Of a stretch of DNA of 64,000 nucleotides, positions 49,889 to 62,470 are shown one piece after another. The DNA is from Mobula hypostoma (Eukaryota). Location of the stretch: NCBI RefSeq assembly GCF_963921235.1, contig NC_086097.1, positions 146,074,001-146,138,000 of the forward strand. Reading direction: 5' to 3'. Numbering within the stretch: the first letter of the stretch is position 1; each line of letters starts with the position of its first letter. The translations under genes were made by a program, and so were the position numbers. A model generated the notes under the pieces. The model did not search any database. It had not been told where the DNA came from and worked only from the letters and a program-made list of their open reading frames with translations.

Positions 49889-50192
49889 GTGCCACGCTAG
49901 TATAGTGGTTAGTGCCACTCTATACAGCTCGGGGCATCGGAGTTCAGAGTTTAATTCCACCACCTTCTGTAAGGAGTTTGTACGATCTTTCCGTGACTGC
50001 CTGGGTTTCCTCTGGGTGCTCGGGTTTCCTCTGGGTGCTCCAGTTTCCTCCCGCCATTCAAAGATGTACCACTTAGGTTAATTGGTCTTGGTAAATTGTC
50101 CTGTGATTAGGCTAAGGTTAAGTATGTGGTTTGCTGATGGGACAGCTTGCTGGGCCAGAATGGCCAGTTCCATGCTGCATCTCTAAATTAAA
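49889..50192 (+). mobile_element. V-SINE (HE1-like) with an internal 19-bp tandem duplication
   Basis: GGGTTTCCTCTGGGTGCTC repeated at 50003-50021 and 50022-50040; body colinear with 35445-35721. Confidence 0.82.
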
Positions 50193-51977
50193 AAATTTTA
50201 AAAATTAAAAAGAAAATTAATGTTTTATGTCAATGACTTTTCGTCTGAAGTAAATCAAATTTGCCTTAATTTGCAAGGAAGAGAAGAATCTTGGAGTTTT
50301 GGCTAATGGTCTAAAGGCTTGCTAATGGCAGTTGCTCTGCTATGAGGAGAAATGGTGAGGGCAGGAGGAGAAAAAAATGAAAGCTGGACCACTGAAAGGT
50401 GTTACCGATTACTTCATTCATTTCAGGTATGCATTTAGATCCAGTGCTAAATGATCTGCTGAATGGTCCCTGTAAATCTGGCCACACAGCTAACCTGTGG
50501 TCACTATCAGTGGTCAGACTGATCTGCTGCACCTCAAGCTTCCTGAATTCCTCTGTGCACACTATAGTCGGCAGCAATATATTTAATAAGGTGCAGAGCC
50601 ACACTCCTCTGTGTCTAGCCATCTCCATACGATTCATTCAGACTTCTTGTGCGCAGGTTCCATCTTTCGGCACAACTTTGTGGGCCGAAGGACCTGTATT
50701 GTGCTGTAGGTTTTTCTACGTTTCTGTCTTTTGATCAAAGACTCAGCTTTCCAGATGCATTTTCCTTTGCTTGCCTGAAGTCTCCCTGGCTGACCATTGC
50801 TGAAAGCACGAACAATGAAACTGAAATGAGGCCTGCCTCAGCCAGAACAGCTCATTGCAGCTGTACTCGCCACACATGTTAGTATTGAAAGTCACTTTCA
50901 TGATTTAGTTTTCTGAAGTTTTGTCCTGGTTTCTCAGCTACCACATATCAGTTTGTACTTTGTTTTGAGTGTGTGGGGCAGCTAAAAGACAATCCAACAA
51001 TGATGTAATTTTCAGCAGAGCCCCAGTGCTCTACCAACTGAGCAGATAAGTTCATTCCACTTGAAAGCGTGAGACCTTGGCCACATTACAGACTCCAACT
51101 GTTGAAAGGATTGGCTCTGATCCAGGAGAGAAATCTGACAAGTGAACTTACTCAGAAGGAGTCTGTTTAATTTGAATTTAGAAACACACAGTTCACACGC
51201 ATCATTTTCTTTCCCTTTCTCTTCCCCCTCAGTGGAAATGAAAATCAGATGGTTCCTATTGTGGGCAGCCAATTTCCAATGCCAAGCTTAGTGCCAATGA
51301 TGTGGAAGAGCAACCACCCACCGCTACCAATCTCAGCAGCACACACAAAATGCTGGAGGATCTCAACAGGTTAGTTAGCATCTATGAAATGGAATAAAGA
51401 GTCGATGTTTCAGGCCAAGACCTTTCACCAGGACCTCATCAAGCCTCCAACCCCACTCTCTGCATAAATTTAGTAAAGCATAGGACTGTCCAGGACTAGC
51501 TGAGACCACGATATTCTTTTTAGTTATTCATGACAGTTAGAAAATACCTTCAAATGCTTGTTGTTTTTTGGTTCTCAACTTTCCATTGAGGAGGAGGAGT
51601 GCAGTTCCATACTGAATGTAATGTCACCATCAATCCCGGATAATTACATACCAGTTTCATGAGTGTTGTGGAACAGAGAGGTACCTGATAAAGGTTTTAA
51701 GGCTTCTCAATAACACCTACAGCACCACTTCCTGATTGCTCCAGACTATAATGCATATAGGTGCATAAGATAAGGTGATTTCATTAGCTTGCATGTGCAG
51801 AATTCTTAATGTCCTGATGTACTTCAACGCATGACATTTCACAAGACAGCACCATGGCATCAGTACTTCATATTAAACGTAGAAACTCTAGTTGAGAAGA
51901 AAAGGCTGGGTTTTCTGCAGAGGCACATGTAGACATGAAATTGTTTTAATGCTCTTCTGAAATACTTTTTCTCCAAG

Positions 51978-52212
51978 AAGACCACAACCCTGTTGTAGGG
52001 TTTGGAGGCTTGTGTGCTAGAGAGCTATGTTGCTTGGAGTCAGGGTCTTGCACTTTGGCTCTTGGTAGGGTCACCTATGCCGAACAGGTCAAAGAGTAGA
52101 GGCCAGACTAAGAGTGGTCCGCCGGTCCTTCAGGTTTGGGAGTTCAGTTCACAGATAACAACCCTGACTGCTAAAAACAATTGTTAGGGAGCAGCAATAA
52201 GGAATCCTTCTA
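51978..52212 (+). mobile_element. RTE-clade (BovB/Expander-like) 5' UTR fragment
   Basis: GGTAGGGTCACCTATGCCGAACAGGTC..GAGGCCAGACTAAGAGTGGTCC resembles the BovB 5' block as I remember it. Confidence 0.55.
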
Positions 52213-52221
52213 CACAGACAC

Positions 52222-54032
52222 AGATGAGTGTGGTAGAACAAAGGGATCTTAGAATGCAGGTACATAATTCATTGAAAGTGGCTTCACAAGTAGATGGGGT
52301 CATAATGAAAGCTTTTGGCACATTGGCCTTCATAAACAAAGATGCTGAGTACAGGAGATGAGATGTTATGTTGGAGTTGTATAAGATGTTGGTGAGGTGT
52401 AATTTGTAGTATTGTGTACAATTTTGGTCATTTACCTATAGTAGTGGTTGCCAACTGGTCGATCATGATCCACTGGTTGATCTTTGAGACTTTCCCAGTA
52501 GATCCTGAAAAAAATGAAAAATAAATACACATACTGTTGTAATGTGAGCATTATTAAAAACAAGTAATACTAATTGGGATAATGGTAATATAGCAATACT
52601 CCCGCTACTGAAAGCTGTTTGTAAAGAGAGATTGTTTCCGGGTTGTGGGGTTTTAGTTCCGTTCTTTCTGCCCAGTGCGCATGTGTGTATAGCTCCCTCG
52701 TCATGAACCACAGTAGAAAAGGCTGGAAATAAAACCCCGCAACCTGGAAGCAACCTCTCTTTACAAACAGTTTCCGTAGCAGGAGTATTGCTATATTACC
52801 ATTATCCTAATTTGTATTAACTTATCTTTATAATGCTCACATTACAGCACTTATCCCCCTTTAAATTCCAACATTTCCCAAATGTAAATAATTGGGAAAC
52901 AAAAAACAGTGGTGTCATTATCTTGTGTACCTCTGAAACTTATACTATTGTCTCAGTAACAGCTTACCAATACAAAACACCTGAAAAACATGGCAGATTC
53001 AACATTCAGTCTAACAAAGGAAACTGTCCATTCAAATATTCAGTCTGTCAGGAGGTTTGCGAGGGCGCTGTGCTGCAACAGATGAAAATTATGAAATCTA
53101 AGTACAGGAGCTGACTTACTGACAGAGACCTCACAGACTGTCTCAAACTGGCTGTCTGTAGTTATGAGCTAAATTTCAGGGAACTAGCAGAATGTATTCA
53201 GCCCCAGTGATCATACTAAGTGCAACAGTCAATCTTTATTCATTTATTTTTCATCTTGAAATAAAATTAAATAATGAAACATGGAATTAAAGGTGTTATA
53301 ATGTGAGCATTATAAAAATAAGTAATACTAATTAAAGATAATGGTAATATAGCAATACTCCTGCTACGGAAAGCTGTTTGTAAAGAGAGGTTGTTTCTGG
53401 GTTGCGGGGTTTTACTTCCGGTCTTTTCTGCCATGCGTGCATGCGTGTGACTAAACAATTTAGTAGGTCGATCTTGCCTTTCACTAAGGCTGAGGTAGGG
53501 GATTTTGGGCTTAAAAAGTTTGGCGACCACTAACCTATAGGAAAGGTGTAAATAAGATTGAAAGAGTACAGAGAATATTTAAAAGGATGTTGCCGGGACT
53601 GGAGGACCAGAGTTATCAGGAAAGATTGATTAGATTATCACTTTATTCCTTAGAGCATAGAAGACAGAGGAGATTTAGTAGAGGTATACAAAATTATGAG
53701 GGGTATAGATAGGGGAAATACAAGCAAGCTTTTTCCACTGAGATTGGGTGGGACTACAACTAGAGGTCATGGGTTAAGTGTAAAATGTGAGATGTTTAAG
53801 GGGAACATGAGGGGAACCTTCACTCGGGGTTATGAGAGTGTGGAATGAGCTGCTAGCACAAGTGGTGCATGTGAGCTCGATTTCAATGATTAAGAGAAAT
53901 ATGGATAGATACGTGGATGATGGGCATGGAGAGCTATGGTCCAGATGCATGCCGATGGGAGTAGGCAGTCAAAATTATTCAGCATGGACTAGATGGTCTG
54001 AAGGGCTTGATTCTACACTGTATTTTTCTATG
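52222..54032 (+). mobile_element. CR1 3' region split by a hAT insertion
   Basis: ..YCVQFWS at about 52410-52430 continues at 53541 (KIERVQR..KRMLPGL), followed by a CR1 3' UTR. Confidence 0.85.
52442..53532 (+). mobile_element. hAT (Charlie-group) non-autonomous element, 1091 bp, 8-bp TSD
   Basis: TSD ACCTATAG at 52434-52441 and 53533-53540; TIR TAGTGGTYGCCAA; C-terminal transposase remnant (VCE..MKIMKSKYRS*LTDRDLTDCLKLAV) at about 53050-53215. Confidence 0.92.
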
Positions 54033-55614
54033 GCACTAACTAATGCTCATCTTCATCAACTATAGAGTGATAATGATCAGGTTTTCTATTTCTGTGACAT
54101 TGGTTGAGAGATCAGTACTGGCTGGGATACTGATAGAACTTCACTATCCTTTTTCAAATAATTTCAATCAATCTTTTACCTCCAGCTGAATGGACAGTTT
54201 GAAGATTTCTTCAAATGATTCCCTCCCCTGTCCCCCTCCCAACCCAAGAGAGTAGCCTCTCAGCACTACCTGAGGCATTGTGTCCAAACTTCCAGAACTT
54301 TGTTAGGATTCATTGCATCAAATCAAGAGTTATGGTGCCACAATGGAGTCAAGTTAGTGGATATTACTCCAAGTTTGTGTTACCAGAAGGGTTTGCATCA
54401 CAATTCATGGGTGTTATAGATACAACTGATTGCCTTTATCCACTGTATCCATTCACATAAAACTGGACTTATCGATCACAGACTTTCCTGAACACAACTA
54501 ATATAGCAATTTCCATATTACTGCTACTGTTTGCATAGAAAATATATTCTTTCAGCTTTTGCTTTAATTTTAAGTTAACCTTGAAAATTCCATAAGAAAG
54601 ATTGTGCTCTATGAATTTTAAAATATCATAGTTGTTATTATTCAGCCTCCCTACACTCACTAATCCCAAAGCTATGAGAATATGAACTCCCGCTGGGATT
54701 ACACATGACTGAACTCCTCCAGTGAAGTTGCCAAAGCTTGTGCAGTCAGAGGAAGGAACCACCCACCATACCCTTGTTTATCTACTCTGCACTTTCTCTG
54801 TACCTTTTAAATGTTATTGTGCATTGTTACTGTTTTACTTTGTTCTACCTCTTCAGTCAGAAGGCGGCTTGGGAGAAATTTAATGAGGGTAAGCAAATTT
54901 TGCAGGAGGTGGGAAATGCAAAATTGTTTCCATTGACAGACTGATGACTATATTGTTCAATGTAATGGAAACTACCTAGAGAAACCTTGATGGTTGCTGG
55001 AAAATAAATTTTTAATGTAGTGAGGTTTTAGAATGTGAGATGCAATGCCTGTGAACGTGGATGAAACAAATTCAATAGTAATGTTTAGAAGTGGGTGTAC
55101 ATCTGAGAAAGAAACATTGCAGGGCAACAGAAGGAGTAGAGGCCAGGGCCGAATTAGACAGCTCTTTTGGGAAGTTGCTGAGAATGAGCCATATTACGTC
55201 AGACCACTGAGGACAAGCAGAAGAGCAATCCACTTACAGGATAAGTGAACTAACATCACCATCCTCTTCCCAGGCCAACATTCCAACACTGAGACCCTAC
55301 ACGTGCTCAGGAGATCATGCTGTTCACATGCCTGAGAACAGATTCCTGGAGAAGAAACTCTTTTCTGAATTCTGTCAAGATGAAATATTTTCAACTGGAC
55401 ATACCCCCATCACCTGACAGATGTCTTTGGCCCAAGACTGCTCAAATGTGTCGGGAGCACATAGAAACCTAGAGAGCTGGTGACAGGAGCACAACAGCTG
55501 ACAAACTGCTCAACTTATCAAACACTTCCTCCTCTACCTATTGCAGAATCTTTAGATCCCACACGGCACTCTATCCATCTCAGTCTCTATGAAAATGGGG
55601 TGAAGCAAATAATA

Positions 55615-56250
55615 GAACACAGAAAACATAGAAAACCTACAGAACAATACAGGCCCTTCGGCTCACAAAGTTGTGCTGAACATGTCCCTACCTTAGAAAT
55701 TACTAGACTTCCCCATAGCCCTCTTTTTTTAAGCTCCATATACCTATCCGAAAGTCTGTTAAAAGACCCTATCGTATCCGCCTCCACCACCATTGCTGGC
55801 AGCTCATTCCATGCACTCACCACTCTCTGTGTTTTAAAAAGAATACCCCTGACATCTCCTCTGTACCTACTCCCAAGCACCTTAAACCTGTGTCCTCTTG
55901 TGGCAGCCATTTCAGCCCTAGGAAAAAGCCTCTGATTATCCACATGATCAATGCCTCTCATCATCTTATACACCTCTATCAGGTCACCTCTCATCCTCTG
56001 TCGCTCCAAGGAGAAAAGGCCGAGTTCACTCAACCTGTTTTCATAAGGCATGCTCCCCAATCCAGGCAACATCCTTGTAGATCTTCTCTGCACCCTTTCT
56101 ATAGTTTCCACATCCTTCCTGTAGTGAGGCAACCGGAACTGAGCACAGTACTCCAAGTGGGGTCTGACCAGGGTCCTATAAAGCTGCAACATTACCTCTC
56201 GGCTCCTAAATTCAATTCCACGATTGATGAAGGCCAATTCACCATATACC
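55615..56250 (-). mobile_element. Young CR1 3' fragment
   Basis: ORF 55587-56258 (LAFINRGIEFRSREVMLQLYRTLVRPHLEYC..); GAAAACATAGAAAAC tail. Confidence 0.92.
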
Positions 56251-57727
56251 TTAACCACAGAGTCCTAGTCCTCAGTCTCAAACAACTGCATACGAGGAAG
56301 ATGCACCAGTAGGAAGCATTCAAAGAATAAAAGCTAGCATGCATAATACAAGAATACATTCAAAGAATATGATCTCAAATGCATTTAGCAGTTTGTAGTA
56401 TACTAGGGAGAATTTTATTCAATTTTACAATTATTCGCCCTAGGCTGCTAAGACTGGCTGTCCTTAGGTTAAAGGCACTCGATTATGGACATCCCCTACA
56501 TATGATTGTGTTCCCATAATATTTAGCCCAAGATCACAACTTACTTACAGTAGAACTAGTTACCTCTCCCTCTCCACTTTTAGTAATTGTTTCTTATCAG
56601 TGTTATGTGCTTTCAATGCCATTCATCTAACACTGCAGAGGTATAGTTACCTTATCAAGTGATTTTGGTGTATTTTTTGATTAATGGACAGAATTGACTT
56701 CTGGATATCTGTAGAAACAGAGTCTATTTGTTACCTGCCTCAGACCAGCTTTTAGCCTCATCATAAGCCACCTGTGTGATTCTTGCCTCCTCATTTTTTG
56801 ATACAGCTTCACGGTTAGCATATTAATAGTAGTAAAAAGGAGATACAGGATCATAGTGACCAGTGGATCACTCCCATTTGATCTTCCTGTTATTCTGTCT
56901 CCATCCAGCTTTGATCAGTCTGCCCTTTGCTTCTTAGCCTGTTGCAACAGAAGATATTGTAACTGTACTTTAGTTTCTGACTTGGAACATTGTACACTCA
57001 ACAATGAGCTCAGAAATTACAGATAATCAACAATTCTTGCATTCCTATTTCAGATTTCTTGCATTTCTTATATGGTCCTTTGGTAATTTCAGATACTTGG
57101 ACTACATTTACGTTTCCTGTAGACCTTGGTGGCCTCACACTTCCAACACGTTTGCCTCTTTCTGCTTTATGCTTCTGCTTTCTGTTCCAAGTTCAGGAAC
57201 AGTTATTACCCTACAATCATTTGGCTCCTAAACCAGCTTGCATAAACACCATTCACAACTCTGAACTGATTCTACAATATACAGACTCACTTTCCAGGAC
57301 TGTTTACAACTCATGTTCTCAGTATTTCTATTATTTGCACAGATGGTCTTCTTTTGCATATTGCACAAAATGTTTGTCAGCCTTTTTTATAATGTATAAA
57401 TTTTCATAAAATTGTCTTGTATTTCTTTTATTCCCTATAAATACTCGCAGGAAATTGAATCACAAGGAAGTAGATGCTAACATATGTACTTTGATGATAA
57501 ATTTAATTTGAGCTTTGAACCTATCAGAAATAGAAATGTCTAATTTGGAATTAATTTTTTTTTCTTTCCACACCCCAGCAATTTTCTGCATCTTGTATTT
57601 CATTTTGTTTCTAGCTGTTCGTTCTGAAGAAAAGCCACTGTTAATTCTGTTTCTCATTTCACAGATGCTACCTGACTTCCTCAGCTTTTTTTTACCCCAG
57701 CATTTTTCTTTTTATTTCAGATTTCCA

Positions 57728-58031
57728 GTTGGCATGTGGCTAAGTGGTTAAGGTGTCAGTCTAGTGTTCTGAAGGTTGCTAGTTCAAGCCTCAGATGAGA
57801 CAGTGTTGTGTCCTTGAGCAAGGCACTTAACCACACATTGCTCTGCGCCGACACTGGTGCCAAGCTGTATCGGCCCTAGTGCCCCGCCCTTGGACAACAT
57901 CGGTGGCGTGGAGAGGGGAGACTTGCAGCATGGGCAGCTGCAGTCTTTCACACAACCTTGCCCAAGCCTGCACCCTGGAAACCTTCCAATGCGCAAATCC
58001 ATGGTCTCACGAGACTAACGGATGCCGATTA
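57728..58031 (+). mobile_element. Full-length tRNA-derived CORE-type SINE, 11-bp TSD
   Basis: A/B boxes and CORE-like block; TSD TCAGATTTCCA at 57717-57727 and 58032-58042. Confidence 0.87.
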
Positions 58032-58417
58032 TCAGATTTCCAACATTTGCAGTATTTTACATCAATATGAAAAGAGAAAATGCTGGAAATTTGTTTACTT
58101 TTTTTTATCTTTTCATTGTTCCCTTAAGAGCAAGTGTGATAGCATATTCACATCAAAACACTTCCTCAATATTTCTGGGGTTTTTTTGATAATAATAGTC
58201 TTTCAGGAAATTTCTTCCAATGCAGTTCTTGTTTTCTCTCCAAAGCAGACACCTGATAAATTGGGTCTCCTGTGTTTGCATAGTGGCAGCTCTAAGGAAC
58301 TCATCGAGAGGCAAATGCATTGAGATGCTTGAAGGTGTGATAGTGTTCTATATTTAGTTAAATGCTATCTTTTGGAAGGAATTGTGTAATCCTCTTAGTG
58401 CGCACAACTTGTGACTC

Positions 58418-58436
58418 TACTGCCCTCTAGTGACGA
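58418..58436 (-). promoter_or_regulatory. Candidate CTCF binding site
   Basis: The minus strand GTCACTAGAGGGCAGTA matches the CTCF core (CCACTAGAGGGCAG) with one deviation, in unique sequence. Confidence 0.4.
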
Positions 58437-59254
58437 AAATCATTAAAGCATACCAAGTTGATCAAACTGTGATAATTGCAACAGTTTATCCACAAAATCC
58501 TCCAAGTGCACTGGAAGGACAATTAAACCAATCCCTAGGTAAGTCTCCCAGTATTGACATCCTAGTTATTTACAGTTGATTCCTCTAGGTGGGATACATA
58601 GTTCTCAGATGCTCAAAACAGACATTTTGTTCTGCATTCTGTCATGAAAATAAATCACCAGGAGGAGAGAGGAAAAGATTGAAGTTCTCAAAACCTCCTC
58701 AATGTGATGCAACTTCCTCACTGAGTATTGGAAATACCTAGCCCATGACAGCTGCAAGTGCTGAAAGAGTAGAACCTTTCAAATATTTCACAAGTGCAAT
58801 GTTTCAGGAGGAAATGGGAATACACTAATGAAAAAGTATATTGAAATGATGGTAAAATGAATTTAGAGGAAAAATGCATGCGATTGCATTTTCTGTAGAT
58901 ATTGTAATATATTAAAATGAAGAGTAAAAAGTGGAGGCCAGCTTTGCTTTAATGGGTAGTTCTGTTCCAGATGAGCACAGAAATAGTGTTTTTTGACATC
59001 ATGATACATGTTTGCTCCCCTCCCATGCATATGGGAATCAAACATGTTGAAGATGCACATCAAAATCACACCAAGTACTTGCTTCCATTTAGAAATTAGA
59101 TTTTAGATACAAAGTTGCTGTGCTGTGGAAAAGAATTTATGGACATTTGATCCTTAGTTAATCAAATGAAGCCCAGGTGTTCATGGTCACTGGGCATGTT
59201 AGTATTGTGCTTCAGTTATTGGCGTACAAACCTGAAGACATAGACTAGCCTCTG

Positions 59255-59592
59255 TAGTATCCAGAACATCTTCAAGGAGCAATGCCTCAGAAAGTGGTGT
59301 CCATCACTCAGGACGCCCATCATACAGGCCGTCAGGAAGGAGGTACACTCTCAATGATTCAGGAAAAGCTTCTTCCCCTCTGCCATCCCATTTCTGAGTA
59401 AGCATTGAAGCCATGGACACTAACTCAGTATCTTTTTATTTCTATTTTTGTGCCACTTATTTAATTTAACTATTTATATATTTTTAATATAATTCAGCTT
59501 TTTTCTCTATTATTATGGATTGCATTATACTGCTGCTGTAAAGTCAACAAGTTTCATGACGTATGCTGGTGATATTAAACCTGATTCTGATG
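59255..59592 (+). mobile_element. Rex1/Babar 3' fragment
   Basis: Reverse-complement match to 62768-63150; ends GATATTAAACCTGATTCTGA. Confidence 0.75.
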
Positions 59593-59959
59593 CTCTGTTT
59601 AACTGAATTGGTATAAAGGTTTCACTGCTGGTAATGTTGGCAAAATTCAGAATGCTTATGTTGGTTTACTCATCCTTTCAGTAGTGAGCTCATAGGATTT
59701 TGCAGAGATGGCATTGGTGATATACATTCATTGTCCACTTTATTAGGTATCTCTTGTGCCTAATAAAGTGGCCACTGGGTGTATGTTGGAGGTCTTCTAC
59801 AGCTGTGGCACATCCACTTCAAGGTTCAATGTGCTGTGTGTTCAGAGATGCTCTTCTGCACACTGCTGTTGTAACCATAAGAGCATAAAGTTGATTTTAT
59901 GCTTAAGAGCATAACCACTCAATTTCTGTGCTCATCTGGAATAGAACTACCCATTAAAG

Positions 59960-60602
59960 TGTGTCCAGCCTCTCCGGTGAATGATATCATATTTGTTAAA
60001 TAGGGGCCGTGCACAATTCTGATTTAATGGAGACAGCCGTGAGAAACACGGAGGAACATCTGGAGAAACTTCTGAAATGCCCGGTTCGTTGCCGCTGCTA
60101 CTGTGCGATCGGGAATCTCCAGAGGGGAAGGCCCCAAATCCTCGGCTTTGCCTGTTACTGGCGGCCAGGGTCGGGGTTGAAGCACTGGGCAGAGGTGGTG
60201 CTTGGTGTCGGAGGGCTGGTTGGAGGCTCGAAGTTTTCAGACGGACTCAGAGTCGGACTGTGGTCGGGTGCTTCCAGGATGTTGCATCGGTAAGTTTGCG
60301 GCGCTGGAAGCTCATGGCAGGGAGAGTTCTCTTCTTTCTCCCATCTGTGTGAGATGATGGGACTTTCGAGAGACCTGGAGACTTTTTTACAGTGCCCATG
60401 GTCTGTTCTTCATCAAATTACAGTTTTGCTTGCACTGTTGTAACTATATGTTATAATTATGTGGTTCTTGTCAGTTTTTCAGTCTTGGTCTGTCTTGTGT
60501 TTCTGTGATATCACACTGGAGGAATATTGTATCATTTCTTAATGCATGCATTACTAAATGACAATAAAAGAGGACTGCGTGTCCTCATCTAATCTAATCT
60601 AA
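59960..60602 (+). mobile_element. Young retroelement 3' segment ending in AATAAA, a stem-loop and (ATCTA)n; family not identified
   Basis: CpG-rich body; AATAAA at 60563; GAGGAC-TGCGT-GTCCTC at 60570-60586; ATCTA x3; near-perfect TSD TAA(A/G)GTTGATTT. Confidence 0.7.
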
Positions 60603-62470
60603 GGTTGATTTGTTGTCCCTCTCAACCACATTCTCCCCATATCCTTTGACTTCCTGACTACTCAAGAACTTATCAACCACTGCTTTAAATATATCCAATG
60701 ACTTGGACTCCACAGCCATCTGTGGCAATAAACTCCACAGATTCATCACTAAGGAAATCCCTTCTCATCTCTGTTCTGAATGGATTTCCCTCTATTCTGA
60801 GTCTATGCCCTCTGGTCCTAGACTTACCCATTATAGGAAGCATCCTCTCCATGGCCACTCCAGATAGGTCTTTCAATATTCAGTAAGTTTCAGTGAGATT
60901 CTCCGTCATTCTTCTAAACTCCAGTGAGTACATGCCCAGAGCCATCAAATGCTCCTCATTCTTTAATACTTTTATTCCCAGAATCATTGTCATGGAAATC
61001 CTCTCCAATGCCAGCATTTTTTTTTTCTTAGATAAGGGGCCAAAACTGCTCACAATACTCCAAGTGTGGCCTGACCAATGCCTTATAAAGCCTCAGAATC
61101 ACATCCTTGCTCTTGACTTACAGTCCTCTTAAACTGAATGCTAATATTGCATTTGCTTTCCTTACCACCGATTCAACCTGCAAGTTAACATTTAGGGAAT
61201 CCCACACAAGCACTACCAAATCCCTTTGCACCCTTGATTTTTTTGAATTTTCACTCCATTTAGAAAAATAGTCTATGCCTTAATTCCTTCTTACCAAAGT
61301 GCATGACCATACACTTCTCTACACTATATTCCACCTATAATTTCTTTCCCCATTCTCCCAATCTGTCCTTCTGCCAACTCTCTGCTTCCTCAACACTAGC
61401 TGCCCTCACCTCTCAAGTCAATCAATTCCATCATCCAAATTATTGACATATAACGTGAAAAGAAGCAGTCTCAGTATCAACACCAATGGTCCTCAGCAGC
61501 CAACTGGAATAGGCCTCCTTTATTCTGACTCTTTGCCTCCTGCCAATCAGCCAATCTTCTATCCATACTAAAATCTTTCCTGTAATATCATGTGTTATTA
61601 TCACATTAAACAGCCTCGTGTGCAGCACCTTGTCAAAGGCCTTTTTTTTAAAAATAAAAAAAAATCCAAGTAAACAACATCCACTGACTCTCCTTTGTCT
61701 ATCCTGCTTATTATCTCCTCAAAGAATTCCAACAGATTTGTCTGGAAAGATTTCCCCTTAAGGGAAGCATGCTGATTTTGACCTATTTTAACATGTGCCT
61801 CCAAGTACCCGAAACCAGTTTTTACTAATGGATCCCAACATCTTCCCAGCCACTGAAATCAGGCTAACTTTCCTTTGTTCTGCCTCCCTCCCTTCTTAAA
61901 GAGTGGAGTGACATTTGTAATTTTCCAGTCCCCAGAAAGCATTTCAGAACCCAGTGATTCTTGAAATATTATCACAGTTGCCTCCACAATCTCTTCAGCA
62001 ACCTCATTCAGAACTCTGGGGTGTGGTGCATCTGGTGCAGGTGACTTATCTACCTTCAGACCTTTTAGCCTCCCAAGCAGCTTCTCTTTATTAATAGCAA
62101 CGACACTTAATTTCTGCATTCTGACATTTTGACAGGGTGAATTCTATCATGTTATGATCACTGCCTCCTATAGGTTCATTTACCTCATGCTCATTAATCA
62201 AATCTAGTTCAGTATTCAACACCCAATCCAGAATTGTCTTTCCCTTAATGGGCTTGACCACAAGCTGCTCTGGAAACCCATCTTGTAGCATTCTGCAAAT
62301 TCCCTTTCATGAGATTACACACCAACCCAATTTTCCCATTCTAGCTACACATTGAAATCCCCCATGACTATCATGACATTGCCCTATTTACATACCTTTT
62401 CTATTTTCTCTTTAAATTTATATCCCACATCCTGGCTACTGTTTAGGGGCCTGTATATAACTCATCAGGG
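60603..62470 (-). mobile_element. Decayed CR1 (APE remnant, RT, 3' UTR)
   Basis: KGLKVDKSPAPDAPHPRVLNEVAEEIV; TNLLEFFEEI..VDVVYLDF; GGSDHNMIEF. Confidence 0.85.

Noticed and set aside
54857..54888. 32-nt + strand exon-like segment (strong acceptor, AGG|GTAAGC; frame QKAAWEKFNE)
   Set aside because: It is isolated, too short to assign, and has no partner coding exons that I could find; it cannot be distinguished from a pseudo-exon without RNA data.
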